Positions 36,904-48,576 of a stretch of 64,000 nucleotides of DNA are shown in pieces. Source of the DNA: Nitrospirota bacterium (lineage in GTDB: Bacteria > Nitrospirota > Thermodesulfovibrionia > Thermodesulfovibrionales > UBA1546); the NCBI GenBank assembly GCA_009773185.1, contig WPIF01000003.1:12760-76759 (forward strand), in the 5' to 3' direction. Position 1 is the stretch's first letter; each line of letters starts with the position of its first letter. The notes under the pieces were generated by a model that was not told the DNA's origin, made no database searches, and worked only from the letters and a program-made list of their open reading frames with translations. The translations under genes and the position numbers were made by a program.

Positions 36904-38844
36904 TCAGGGGTCAACAGCAATGCTTATTTTTAGATTCTTGCATCCCTCTGCAAGCTTTAAAAATTCTTTTGCGGAAGAATAAAGCTTTGTCTTTGATGTG
37001 GTTTTTATAAGCATTGAATGTTCCTTGCGGCCTTTTCTGCTCATTGAGGCCGAAGGCCCGAGAATCTCCAGTTCTTTATTATCTTGAACAAGCCTTTTTA
37101 TAACAGCTGCCACCCTGTTATCATCGTAATCACTGCCTTTAAAGGTAATAAGCGCAATTTTCGAATACGGAGGATATGACATTTCTTTTCTTTTTGAGAG
37201 TTCTTCCTCGCAAAATCCGGCATAATCATGGTTTCTGATAAATTTAAACAGATAGTTCCTGGGCATTCTTGTCTGGATAAACACCCTGCCCAGGGGCTTT
37301 ATCTTATCAGCTATGGCAGACAATTCCTGATAAGCCTTTTCTATTGCCCTGAAGTCAGGCAGGTTTATATATATATCAGCGTTCAGGACAGCTCCCATAT
37401 CAAATCCGTCTTGTGGCATCAGTCTCTTCGTCATAAGCTTTGTACCGAGAACTATGGTCTCGCCTTTTATTATCTCTGAAAGGCCGGCCTTTGCTGCCTT
37501 TTTTTCTATCCTGTCGCTGTCGAGCCTGACAGGGTCAATATTGAAAAGTTTTTTTATATTCTCTTCAACTCTCTGTATGCCTGTGCCACGGAGCTCAATT
37601 TTGAAGCTGCCGCATTTTTTGCACTTTTCAGGAGGCAGAGAGCTAAAACCGCAGTAATGGCACCTGAGAACCTTATCATTCTTATGGAAAATCAATGGAA
37701 TACCGCAACTGTTGCAGGTTTCTGTATTATCGCATTCTTTGCAGGTGAGCAATGAATACCCTTTCCTGTTAATGACAAACATAATTCGTTCATTTTTTTT
37801 GATAGCATATGATGCTGCATCAATTACGGTCTTTGATATGTTCTGGGCAGGCTGTTTTTCATTATACATATTCAATATTCTTATCTTTGGCCTCTGGACA
37901 GATGCCTCAGGCCTCAGGAATGCATACTTGTTCTGTTTTACATTGTAGATTGACTCAAGAGACGGGCATATTGAGGATAATACAACTGTTGCCTTTTCAA
38001 GATAACCCCTCATTACAGCAACATCCCTTGCATTATACCTCAATCCTTCTTCTGTTTTGTATGAACTGCTGTGTTCCTGCATCACTGCAATCAGAGATAC
38101 GTTCTTCATTGGAGCAAAGACAGCTGCCCTTGTTCCGAGCACTACGTCGCATTCCCCGGAAAGGACTTTTTCGATTGTAGCTGAACGCTGGCCGTGGCTC
38201 ATACCGCTGTGAAGTATGCAGAGCTTTTCCCCGGCAATCTCCCTTATAAAGGGTTCAAGGTGGCTTATGTGCGCAATCTCAGGGACAAGGATTATTGCGC
38301 TTCCCTGTTGGCGCGTTTGAAGGAGCCTCCTGATAAATGATATTTCATAAAAAGAGGCCGGTGCATGAAGAAGAAATGCTTTATATTCTTTTTTTACAAC
38401 AGACCTGTTAATTGCTGAAATTATATTTTCTTCAATTTCATTCAATGGCCTCTGCTCTCTGCCATCTGCCATCTGCCCTCTGGCCTGAGTTTCCCTTGCC
38501 TTTACTTTCCTGAATGCCTCCTTTGGAAGCATATTCTTTAACACGACGCCTTTGTTTGCAATGTAGTAATCCGACATCCAGTCAAGCAGTTTTAATAAAG
38601 GCGGTTCAAGCATTGGAGTTTCGCCATGGATGTCGCTTATATAGCGCAAAGCGTTCGGCGCAGAGCGTGCAGCATGTGAGGATTTACTTAAGATTATTCC
38701 CTTTGCAACCTGATTTTTCAAAGGCGCAGAAACGAGCATTCCAGGCAGGGCTTTATCAATAAGATTGTCAGGGCATTTATAGGTTAACGGGCCGAGATTT
38801 ATAGGGAAAAGCACATCAATAAATTCCATGTTGGATTTTAGCAC
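36904..38844 (-). CDS. priA: Primosomal protein PriA with degenerate helicase motifs
   Basis: 3'-DNA-binding N domain, VPEI, GTRA.VFAP, YNARD, eight-Cys Zn region, PDFRA.E; motifs I, II, III and VI altered. Confidence 0.88.
   Translation of the reverse strand: MLKSNMEFIDVLFPINLGPLTYKCPDNLIDKALPGMLVSAPLKNQVAKGIILSKSSHAARSAPNALRYISDIHGETPMLEPPLLKLLDWMSDYYIANKGVVLKNMLPKEAFRKVKARETQARGQMADGREQRPLNEIEENIISAINRSVVKKEYKAFLLHAPASFYEISFIRRLLQTRQQGSAIILVPEIAHISHLEPFIREIAGEKLCILHSGMSHGQRSATIEKVLSGECDVVLGTRAAVFAPMKNVSLIAVMQEHSSSYKTEEGLRYNARDVAVMRGYLEKATVVLSSICPSLESIYNVKQNKYAFLRPEASVQRPKIRILNMYNEKQPAQNISKTVIDAASYAIKKNERIMFVINRKGYSLLTCKECDNTETCNSCGIPLIFHKNDKVLRCHYCGFSSLPPEKCKKCGSFKIELRGTGIQRVEENIKKLFNIDPVRLDSDRIEKKAAKAGLSEIIKGETIVLGTKLMTKRLMPQDGFDMGAVLNADIYINLPDFRAIEKAYQELSAIADKIKPLGRVFIQTRMPRNYLFKFIRNHDYAGFCEEELSKRKEMSYPPYSKIALITFKGSDYDDNRVAAVIKRLVQDNKELEILGPSASMSRKGRKEHSMLIKTTSKTKLYSSAKEFLKLAEGCKNLKISIAVDP
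38447..38486. repeat. In-frame heptamer tract in priA (G(C/G)NNTCT) x5
   Basis: GGCCTCT GCTCTCT GCCATCT GCCATCT GCCCTCT GGCCT. Confidence 0.75.
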
Positions 38845-38905
38845 AGAAGGGATTTTAAGTTTTCATTTAATTTTCTTTTTAAATCATATATAATTATCCA
38901 AACGC

Positions 38906-41382
<2,477 letters not shown>

Positions 41383-41395
41383 CTATAGGATAACA

Positions 41396-42235
41396 ATGAC
41401 CAGAGAAATAAGCATAGCAGGCGCAAAGGTTGGGGGAAATAATCCTCCTTTAATCATGGCAGGCCCCTGTGTTATCGAGAACGAAGACATAACTTTTAAT
41501 ACAGCACGGGAACTTAAAGGGTTATGTTCAGCAGCAGGCCTTTCGTTTGTTTTCAAAAGTTCTTACGATAAGGCCAACAGGACATCAATAAAATCTTTCA
41601 GAGGGCCCGGCATGGAAAAAGGCTTAAGGGTTCTTGCAGACATTAAAAGCAGGCTGGATATCCCCGTAATCACTGATGTCCATTCTATTGAAGAGATAAA
41701 GCCTGCCTCAGAGGTCCTTGATGCAATTCAGATACCTGCCTTTTTATGCAGGCAAACGGACCTTATTCTTGCAGCAGCAAAAACAGGAAAGCCTGTTAAT
41801 ATCAAGAAAGGGCAGTTCCTTTCGCCATGGGACATTAAAAACATTATAGATAAATTTACATCAACCGGTAATCATAATCTTTCTATTACGGAACGGGGAA
41901 CATCTTTCGGCTATAACAACCTTGTCGTTGATTTCAGGGGATTCCCGATTATGCGCTCCTTTGGATATCCTGTGATTTTCGATGTAACACACAGCCTGCA
42001 GCTTCCCGGCGGACAGGGGACTTCTTCAGGAGGCCAGAGGGAATTTGCAGAGCCGTTTGCACGGGCAGCCGTAGCTGCAGGGGTTGATGGTTTATTCATG
42101 GAGGTTCATCCGGAGCCTTCAAAGGCATTGTGCGACGGGCCGAATATGATAAAGCTAGATGACGTCCAGGGCCTGCTGAATATAATAAAAGGTATTCATA
42201 GCCTGGTCTCAGGGCAAAAAGGAGGAAATAGTTGA
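41396..42235 (+). CDS. kdsA: KDO-8-phosphate synthase
   Basis: AGPCVIE, SYDKANRTS, QIPAFLCRQTD, KKGQF, ERG..FGYNNL; start set at MTREI. Confidence 0.95.
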   Translation: MTREISIAGAKVGGNNPPLIMAGPCVIENEDITFNTARELKGLCSAAGLSFVFKSSYDKANRTSIKSFRGPGMEKGLRVLADIKSRLDIPVITDVHSIEEIKPASEVLDAIQIPAFLCRQTDLILAAAKTGKPVNIKKGQFLSPWDIKNIIDKFTSTGNHNLSITERGTSFGYNNLVVDFRGFPIMRSFGYPVIFDVTHSLQLPGGQGTSSGGQREFAEPFARAAVAAGVDGLFMEVHPEPSKALCDGPNMIKLDDVQGLLNIIKGIHSLVSGQKGGNS

Positions 42236-42711
42236 AAATATCCTCAGGGTCTTTATTCATTTTACTGCTGGCCGTTTCTATTGCATTGTTTTCAGTGTCT
42301 GCTTTTGGAGAGGATAAAAAAGAAGCGCCTCTTTACACAAATCAGGATATTGAAAAATACAAGAAGCCTTCTGACAGCAAAGCTGCAACTGTAAGGACAG
42401 ATAAGACATCTGAAAAAAGCGGGAAATCACAAAAATTAAAAGAAGAACACGAGAAAGAATACTGGTGCAAAACAGCAACCTCTTATAAAAGGAAAATAGA
42501 AAAGGTAAGAGATGATATTGCAGAGGCTGAGAAGGAACTCTCGGGAGAAAGCAGCATGCATCTTTCCTATAAAAAGAAAAAGACAATTCAAAATAAAATA
42601 ACGAAATCAAAGAAGCAGCTAAGGTATGCTGAAAAAGATCTTGCTGAATTTGAGGGCGAAGCCCACAGAAAGGAAGTCCCTCCCGGATGGCTGAGGTGCC
42701 AGTTTGAATAA
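42232..42711 (+). CDS. Hypothetical exported coiled-coil protein
   Basis: Signal peptide, YTNQDIEKY motif, coiled coil, two Cys; TTG start overlapping the kdsA stop. Confidence 0.7.
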   Translation: MKISSGSLFILLLAVSIALFSVSAFGEDKKEAPLYTNQDIEKYKKPSDSKAATVRTDKTSEKSGKSQKLKEEHEKEYWCKTATSYKRKIEKVRDDIAEAEKELSGESSMHLSYKKKKTIQNKITKSKKQLRYAEKDLAEFEGEAHRKEVPPGWLRCQFE

Positions 42712-42723
42712 TAAATCAATAAA

Positions 42724-42855
42724 GCAGGGCCGGGACATAGCATTTTCGCTCATTCCCGGGCTTCGCCCTCCGAGGTTTTGCCCGCTTTTATATTTTGATT
42801 TTTACTGTGTGAATTGCGGGCAAAAAAACCGCTCAAATACTATGCCCCAGCCTGC
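42724..42855 (-). other. ~132-nt structured intergenic element, copy 2
   Basis: Shares TCGCTCATTC, CTCCGAGGTTTTGCC and GGCAAAAAAACCGCTC with 17982-18108; different but base-paired stems. Confidence 0.75.
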
Positions 42856-42871
42856 AAGAAAGCAGTTATAA

Positions 42872-43840
42872 ATGGAAAACATTCTTGACATAGCAAAAAG
42901 AGTTTTAAAGATAGAGGCTGATGCTATCCTTGCCCTTACAGATAAGCTCAACAGCAATTTTGAAAGAGCAGTTGAGGTTATCTATGGAAGCAAAGGCAGG
43001 GTTGTTGTTACAGGGATGGGAAAGTCGGGCCTTGTCGGGAAAAAAATAGCAGCCACACTTGCTTCTACCGGCACGCCGGCGTTCTTTCTGCACCCTGCCG
43101 AGGCGATACACGGGGACATCGGCATGGTAACAGCAGATGACGTGATAATCGCCATCTCAAACAGCGGGGAGACAGAAGAACTTATCGGAATAATCCCATT
43201 TTTAAAAAGATTTAACGTGAGCCTGATTTCAATGACAGGCAACCCAAATTCTACTCTCTCAAAGGCAGCAGATATTACCCTTGATGTGTCTGTAAAAGAA
43301 GAGGCATGTTCTCTGGGTATTGTGCCGACCGCATCAACAACTGCGACCCTGGCAATGGGCGATGCAATAGCAGTTGCGCTTTTAATGAAAAGGGGATATA
43401 AAGAAGAAGATTTTGCCTTTTTTCATCCAGGCGGCAGCCTCGGGAAAAAACTATTCATAAAGGTTAAGGATTTGATGCATACAGGAGATGCGCTTCCCCT
43501 GGTATCACCCCATAAATCCATGACTAAGGCTGTTATGGAAATATCATCTAAAAGGCTTGGGGTTGCAATTGTGGTGGATTCTGATAAAAAAATACTTGGG
43601 GTCATTACAGACGGCGACCTGAGGCGCGGGATAGAAAAATGGGGCAAGGCTGTCTTTGATATGAAGGCAGGAGAGGTAATGACAAAAAATCCAAAGACCA
43701 TATCAGAAGACGAGCTTGCAGCAAAGGCGTTATCCATCATGGAAAGCAAGTCCATAACATCGCTTGCAGTGCCTGATTCAGACGGAAAGGCAAAGGGCAT
43801 AATCCATCTTCATGATATATTGAGGAAGGGGATAGTGTGA
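42872..43840 (+). CDS. kdsD: Arabinose-5-phosphate isomerase (SIS + CBS)
   Basis: GMGKSG, HP.EAIHGD, P.ASTTA, HPGGSLG, CBS pair. Confidence 0.95.
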   Translation: MENILDIAKRVLKIEADAILALTDKLNSNFERAVEVIYGSKGRVVVTGMGKSGLVGKKIAATLASTGTPAFFLHPAEAIHGDIGMVTADDVIIAISNSGETEELIGIIPFLKRFNVSLISMTGNPNSTLSKAADITLDVSVKEEACSLGIVPTASTTATLAMGDAIAVALLMKRGYKEEDFAFFHPGGSLGKKLFIKVKDLMHTGDALPLVSPHKSMTKAVMEISSKRLGVAIVVDSDKKILGVITDGDLRRGIEKWGKAVFDMKAGEVMTKNPKTISEDELAAKALSIMESKSITSLAVPDSDGKAKGIIHLHDILRKGIV

Positions 43841-43937
43841 TAAGAAAAGTTTAAAGCCTGCCTTTTTTATAAGCCATCGGAACAGGAATTAAAGTATGGA
43901 AACAACGGAGGACTTTTAGGCATAAGATTTTAACAGC

Positions 43938-45155
43938 GTGAAACAACCTTTAAAAAAGCATACATATCCAAGCCTCATCACCGACCTTGCCTCCCTCATC
44001 GAACAGGGTCGCAAGACAGCGGTGCGGTATGTGAATACTGCGCTGGTGACGACATATTGGTTTATAGGCAGGAGGATTGTTGAATATGAGCAGGGGGGTA
44101 AAGAGAGAGCAGAGTATGGAGATGTGCTGCTTGAACGTTTAGCTAAAGACCTCAGCAAAAAATTTAGAAAAGGATTTGGACGAGAAAATCTTCGTTTAAT
44201 GCGTCAATTCTATCTTACCTACCAAAGCCCTAAAATTTCCCAGACACTGTCCGGGAAATTACCGGATAAAAAAGGGGAAGCAGCGTCAACTGAATTGCCA
44301 ACGATACTTCAGATACCGTCTGAAGAATCTACCTTGCCATTGAAATCCCAAACGGTGTCTGGGAAATCCCCCAAAGGCTATGCATTGTGTAGCCAATCCG
44401 AGATTTCGCACACACTGTCTGCGAAATTCCCTCTTTCATGGTCACACTACTGTCTTCTTATGCGTCTCGATGAGCCATTTAAGCGTGAATTCTATGACTC
44501 TGAATGTATCCGAAGCAACTGGTCGGTCAGGCAGCTCGACAGGCAAATCCAGTCAATGCTCTATGAGAGGACAGCTTTATCAAAGAAAAAATTGTCGGTT
44601 ATTTCCAAAGCCCACGCAAACCCTATTATTCTTAAGCCTGAAGACGAAATCAAAGACCCGTATATTCTGGAATTTCTTGGTTTGAAAGATGAGTATTCGG
44701 AATTACAGCTTGAAGAGGCTTTAATCAGGCATATCGAACATTTTCTTCTCGAATTGGGAAATGGCTTTACCTTTGTTGCCAGACAGAAAAGGATTACCCT
44801 TGAGGGGAGTCATTACCGCCTTGACCTTCTTCTTTATCATCGTATATTGAGGTGCCTTGTTGCAATTGATTTGAAAATAGGAGAGTTCACTCACGCCGAT
44901 GCAGGGCAGATGAACCTTTATGTGAATTACTTAAAAGATAAAGAAAAACTTCCCGATGAGAATGATCCCATAGGCATAATCCTCTGCACAGACAAAAAGA
45001 AGACCGTTGTTGAGTATGCTTTGGGCGGAATGAATAACAAAATATTTGCTTCAAAATATAGGCTGCAACTTCCAGATACAGATGTCTTAAAAGCAGAAGT
45101 AGAACATGAAAGGCAGAGACTTGTTGAGATGAAGATAGTTGAAAAAAAGCCTTAA
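43938..45155 (+). CDS. yhcG: YhcG/DUF1016 PD-(D/E)XK nuclease-like protein inserted in the kds operon
   Basis: YW.IG..IVE.EQ.G, LSWSHY, KDPY.LEFL, ELG.GF.FV.RQ.R, DLL.Y, IDLK, DAGQM..Y. Confidence 0.92.
   Translation: MKQPLKKHTYPSLITDLASLIEQGRKTAVRYVNTALVTTYWFIGRRIVEYEQGGKERAEYGDVLLERLAKDLSKKFRKGFGRENLRLMRQFYLTYQSPKISQTLSGKLPDKKGEAASTELPTILQIPSEESTLPLKSQTVSGKSPKGYALCSQSEISHTLSAKFPLSWSHYCLLMRLDEPFKREFYDSECIRSNWSVRQLDRQIQSMLYERTALSKKKLSVISKAHANPIILKPEDEIKDPYILEFLGLKDEYSELQLEEALIRHIEHFLLELGNGFTFVARQKRITLEGSHYRLDLLLYHRILRCLVAIDLKIGEFTHADAGQMNLYVNYLKDKEKLPDENDPIGIILCTDKKKTVVEYALGGMNNKIFASKYRLQLPDTDVLKAEVEHERQRLVEMKIVEKKP
44234..44428. repeat. Three in-frame 27-bp imperfect palindromes within yhcG (44234-44260, 44342-44368, 44402-44428)
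   Basis: Copy 1 AATTTCCCAGACACTGTCCGGGAAATT pairs at 12 of 13 positions; copy 3 shows a compensatory change. Confidence 0.8.
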
Positions 45156-45202
45156 TATCATTTTAATATTTGTCATCAATAAGTTATTATTTAAAGGTAA
45201 AG

Positions 45203-45742
45203 ATGAAAAAGACCAAAAAACAACTCGAAAAAATCGCTAAGAGCATCAAACTCCTCATCCTTGATGTTGACGGGGTGCTTACTGACGGGAGCATTATCCT
45301 TGATAATGAAGGAAATGAATTCAAGTCCTTCCATGTGCGTGACGGCCATGGGATAAAGATGCTCGTCAGGGCAGGTATTGTAATTGCAATAATTACGGGA
45401 AGGCAGTCAAAGGTTGTTGAAAGAAGAGCTCAGGAACTCGGTATCGCAGAGGTCTTTCAGAGATGCCATGACAAACGGGTTGCCTATAATCAACTCATTG
45501 AAAAATATTCGGTTAAAGATGACGAGATAGCCTATATCGGTGACGATATAGTGGATATATCCCTTCTGAAAAAAGCAGGCCTTTCAGTGGCTGTTGCAGA
45601 AGCTGAGAACGAAGTTAAAAACGCTGCCATGATGGCAACAAAAAACAGAGGCGGAAGGGGAGCGGTCAGGGAGGTATGTGATTTTCTTCTTAAGGCAAAG
45701 GGGCTCTGGAAGGGCATCATAGATGAGTACTCCAAGACTTAA
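45203..45742 (+). CDS. kdsC: KDO-8-phosphate phosphatase (HAD)
   Basis: LDVDGVLTDG, DG.GI, IITGR, GDDIVD, GG.GAVRE; start set at MKKTK. Confidence 0.93.
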   Translation: MKKTKKQLEKIAKSIKLLILDVDGVLTDGSIILDNEGNEFKSFHVRDGHGIKMLVRAGIVIAIITGRQSKVVERRAQELGIAEVFQRCHDKRVAYNQLIEKYSVKDDEIAYIGDDIVDISLLKKAGLSVAVAEAENEVKNAAMMATKNRGGRGAVREVCDFLLKAKGLWKGIIDEYSKT

Positions 45743-46265
45743 TCTTCCTACTTTGCTTACCTTAAGCAGGATTATCCTTATCCCTGTATTTATTGCTGTT
45801 GTTTACCAGCATCCGTTCTGGGGCGCAATAATATTCGGCATTGCTTCTATAACGGATTTTCTTGACGGCTACTTTGCAAGGCGTTCCGGCCAGGTAACAA
45901 AGTTCGGCATTATCCTTGATCCTCTGGCAGATAAATTTCTTGTTATTTCAGCCCTTGTGGTTTTGGTAGATATGGCAAGGCTGTCTGCCTGGATGGCGAT
46001 AGTTATCATTGTCAGGGAGTTTCTTATAACAGGCCTCCGGGTTGTTGCCCTTTCAAAAGATATAATCATCCCGGCTGAAATGGGCGGAAAATTAAAGATT
46101 GGCGCCCAGATAACTGCTATATTATGCCTCATACTGGTGGGCAGTTTTTTTGACAATCTCCCGCTGGACTTATACGATATCGGTATTGCCTTTGTCTGGG
46201 TTGCCCTTGTACTTTCTGTAATCTCAGGCATTCAATATACAGTCTCTTTCTGGAAAAAGATATGA
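45723..46265 (+). CDS. pgsA: CDP-diacylglycerol--glycerol-3-phosphate 3-phosphatidyltransferase
   Basis: TDFLDGYFAR...T.FG..LDP.ADK. Confidence 0.93.
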   Translation: MSTPRLNLPTLLTLSRIILIPVFIAVVYQHPFWGAIIFGIASITDFLDGYFARRSGQVTKFGIILDPLADKFLVISALVVLVDMARLSAWMAIVIIVREFLITGLRVVALSKDIIIPAEMGGKLKIGAQITAILCLILVGSFFDNLPLDLYDIGIAFVWVALVLSVISGIQYTVSFWKKI

Positions 46266-46852
46266 TAAAAATATCCCTGCTGATAATCTTTTCGTTTATC
46301 CTCGGCTCGGTTCCCTTTGGCGTTATAATCGCAAAGGCTAAAGGCATTGACCTGAAAAAGGTTGGAAGCGGGAACATAGGCGCAACCAATGTCCTTCGGG
46401 CCTTAGGCAAAGGCCCTGCTGTCATGACACTGCTGGGTGATATGTTAAAGGGCGCCGCTGCCGTAGCAATCGGGACTTACTTGTCTGTGGGAGCTGCTTA
46501 CGAAGGTATAATGGGGGTCTCCGCCATACTCGGCCACAATTTTTCTCTCTTCCTCGGCTTCAGGGGCGGGAAAGGCGTTGCCACAGGTATTGGCGTTTTG
46601 TTAATTTATTCTCCACAAATTGCTATGCTTACATTTATAATATGGCTGGTAGCAGTGCTTATGACAAAATATTCTTCTTTGGGGGCAATTATGTCATTTG
46701 GGCTTTTGCCGGTAAATGTCTGGTTGTTTGATTACTCAAAGGTGAAATTAATCACCTCGGCCGTAATTGCAATCTTGATATTATCAAGGCATATCGGGAA
46801 TATAGAGAGGCTCGTAAAAGGGACTGAAAAAAAGATTGGAGAGCGGGCTTGA
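46262..46852 (+). CDS. plsY: Glycerol-3-phosphate acyltransferase
   Basis: GSGNIGATN..R, D.LKG, GHNF, F.GGKGVAT, RH..NI.RL..GTE. Confidence 0.95.
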   Translation: MIKISLLIIFSFILGSVPFGVIIAKAKGIDLKKVGSGNIGATNVLRALGKGPAVMTLLGDMLKGAAAVAIGTYLSVGAAYEGIMGVSAILGHNFSLFLGFRGGKGVATGIGVLLIYSPQIAMLTFIIWLVAVLMTKYSSLGAIMSFGLLPVNVWLFDYSKVKLITSAVIAILILSRHIGNIERLVKGTEKKIGERA

Positions 46853-48576
46853 TAAAAAATAAGGTTATTTATTCGGGAGCTTTGCTTTTTGCATTTCTTT
46901 GGATATTATCTTTTCCTCTGCCCTCCTTTGCAGAAGTCGCAGACTCGCCTGTTGCGGCTCAACCTCACGAGACTCCGCAGGATATTTATAAGGCAAGGCT
47001 TGATAGCGGACTGAAAAACACCGAGCCATATTCTTATGCCTTAATTAAAAAAGCGCAGGCCGACACATCCAATGCAAAACGCCTTTTAACAGAGGCAATA
47101 AAATATTCTCCGGATCTTCCGGCTGCATATTTTGAAATGGCAAGGATAAGCTTTTCGCTTTCTCCTGAGGGCATATTTGAAGGCCTCAATTATATGATAG
47201 AAGGCATCAGGGCTTATGAAAGAAATTTCTGGTGGATGGCAAGCATCGCCGGGCTGGCATTTATCAGCCTTATATCTTCATTTATTCTTGCCCTTATAAT
47301 GGTTGCCGTTATGAGATTTTTTGCGGATTCACCACTCATATCCCATGAGATAAGAGAAGATAAAAAGAAGGCTTTAATTGTCCTGTCCCTTGTCCCCCTC
47401 TCTCTTGCAGGCCCTTTATTTTTTATCGCAGGCACGATATGTCTCCTGGGGCTGTATTTCAGCAGGGTGGATAAAACCGTTGTATATGCATCCGTATTAT
47501 TCCTTTTATTATCGCCCTTTTTGCTGCGCATAACAAACATTTTCCTTTCCGCAGCTTCCCCTGAACTCAGGGCCAGCGTTGCTGTAAATGAGAGCAGGGA
47601 TAACAAACATGCCCTCTCCGCCCTCAAGGGCAAAAATGATTTTGTCTCTCTTTTTTCCTACGGGCTTGCGCTTAAAAGAGAAGGGCATTATGAAGAGGCA
47701 ATAGCAGTTTATAAAAATATTTCACCATCATCTCCTGACCCGCGGGTTTATGTAAACCTCGGGAATTGTTATTACGCCATTAATGACATTGCTGCTGCTA
47801 CAGATTTTTATAAAAAATCCCTGGAGATTAAACCGTCGGCTGCGGCATATTATAATCTGAGCCAGATTTTCCGGGAAAAGTTTGATTTTGTAAAAGGAGA
47901 GGAGTATTTTATTGAAGCAACAAAACTAAACAGGGAAGCCGTATCAGGTTTTGCCGCAAATTCACAAAGAAACCCAAACCGTTTTCTTATGGACGAGACC
48001 CTTCCGTTATCCGTTTTATGGAAATACGCGGACAGCAGATCTCGGGAACTGATAAAAATCTCCTTATTAAACTCAGCCCTTACAGTTCTGATTGCGATAA
48101 GCTTAATCGTGCTGTTTTACCTGCTTGGCTCCAAAGCAAAAGACAGGGCGTACAGATGCAAGAGGTGCAACACAATACTTTGCGGCAAATGCGGGAAAGA
48201 ACTGCTCTGGGGACAGATGTGCGCCCAATGTTACAAATCCCTGGTTAAATTCGACGGGCTCGATTCAAGGGTGAGAGTAGCAAGATTGCTGGAGGTTCAG
48301 GAACTCCAGGCAAAAAAAAGAACTATAATAAAAATTCTTTCATTAACTCTCCCTGGAATAGCCCATATCTATGCCGGGAAAATCCTGGAGGGAAGCCTGT
48401 TCCTGTGGCCATTCCTGTTCCTGCTGATTTTAATATTACTAAACCCATTTTTTCATACAGGCCTTTCCTTTTTTTCTAACGATTGGCTAACCATTCCGTC
48501 ACTGGCCTTGATAGTTGTCTTATTCTTTATTTCCGGCATCGTTGTAAGGAGGAGGCTTAACAGAGGATGGCTTTAG
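46849..48576 (+). CDS. Multi-pass membrane protein with TPR repeats and a Cys-rich zinc-finger-like segment
   Basis: TPR pattern (VYVNLGNCYY, AAYYNLS); CKRC..CGKC..CAQC; several TM helices. Confidence 0.75.
   Translation: MIKNKVIYSGALLFAFLWILSFPLPSFAEVADSPVAAQPHETPQDIYKARLDSGLKNTEPYSYALIKKAQADTSNAKRLLTEAIKYSPDLPAAYFEMARISFSLSPEGIFEGLNYMIEGIRAYERNFWWMASIAGLAFISLISSFILALIMVAVMRFFADSPLISHEIREDKKKALIVLSLVPLSLAGPLFFIAGTICLLGLYFSRVDKTVVYASVLFLLLSPFLLRITNIFLSAASPELRASVAVNESRDNKHALSALKGKNDFVSLFSYGLALKREGHYEEAIAVYKNISPSSPDPRVYVNLGNCYYAINDIAAATDFYKKSLEIKPSAAAYYNLSQIFREKFDFVKGEEYFIEATKLNREAVSGFAANSQRNPNRFLMDETLPLSVLWKYADSRSRELIKISLLNSALTVLIAISLIVLFYLLGSKAKDRAYRCKRCNTILCGKCGKELLWGQMCAQCYKSLVKFDGLDSRVRVARLLEVQELQAKKRTIIKILSLTLPGIAHIYAGKILEGSLFLWPFLFLLILILLNPFFHTGLSFFSNDWLTIPSLALIVVLFFISGIVVRRRLNRGWL

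Noticed and set aside
44234-44428. CRISPR array (palindromic repeats with unique spacers)
   Set aside because: Only three degenerate units, unequal long spacers (81 and 33 nt), in frame inside a protein gene, and no cas genes; kept instead as intragenic palindromes.
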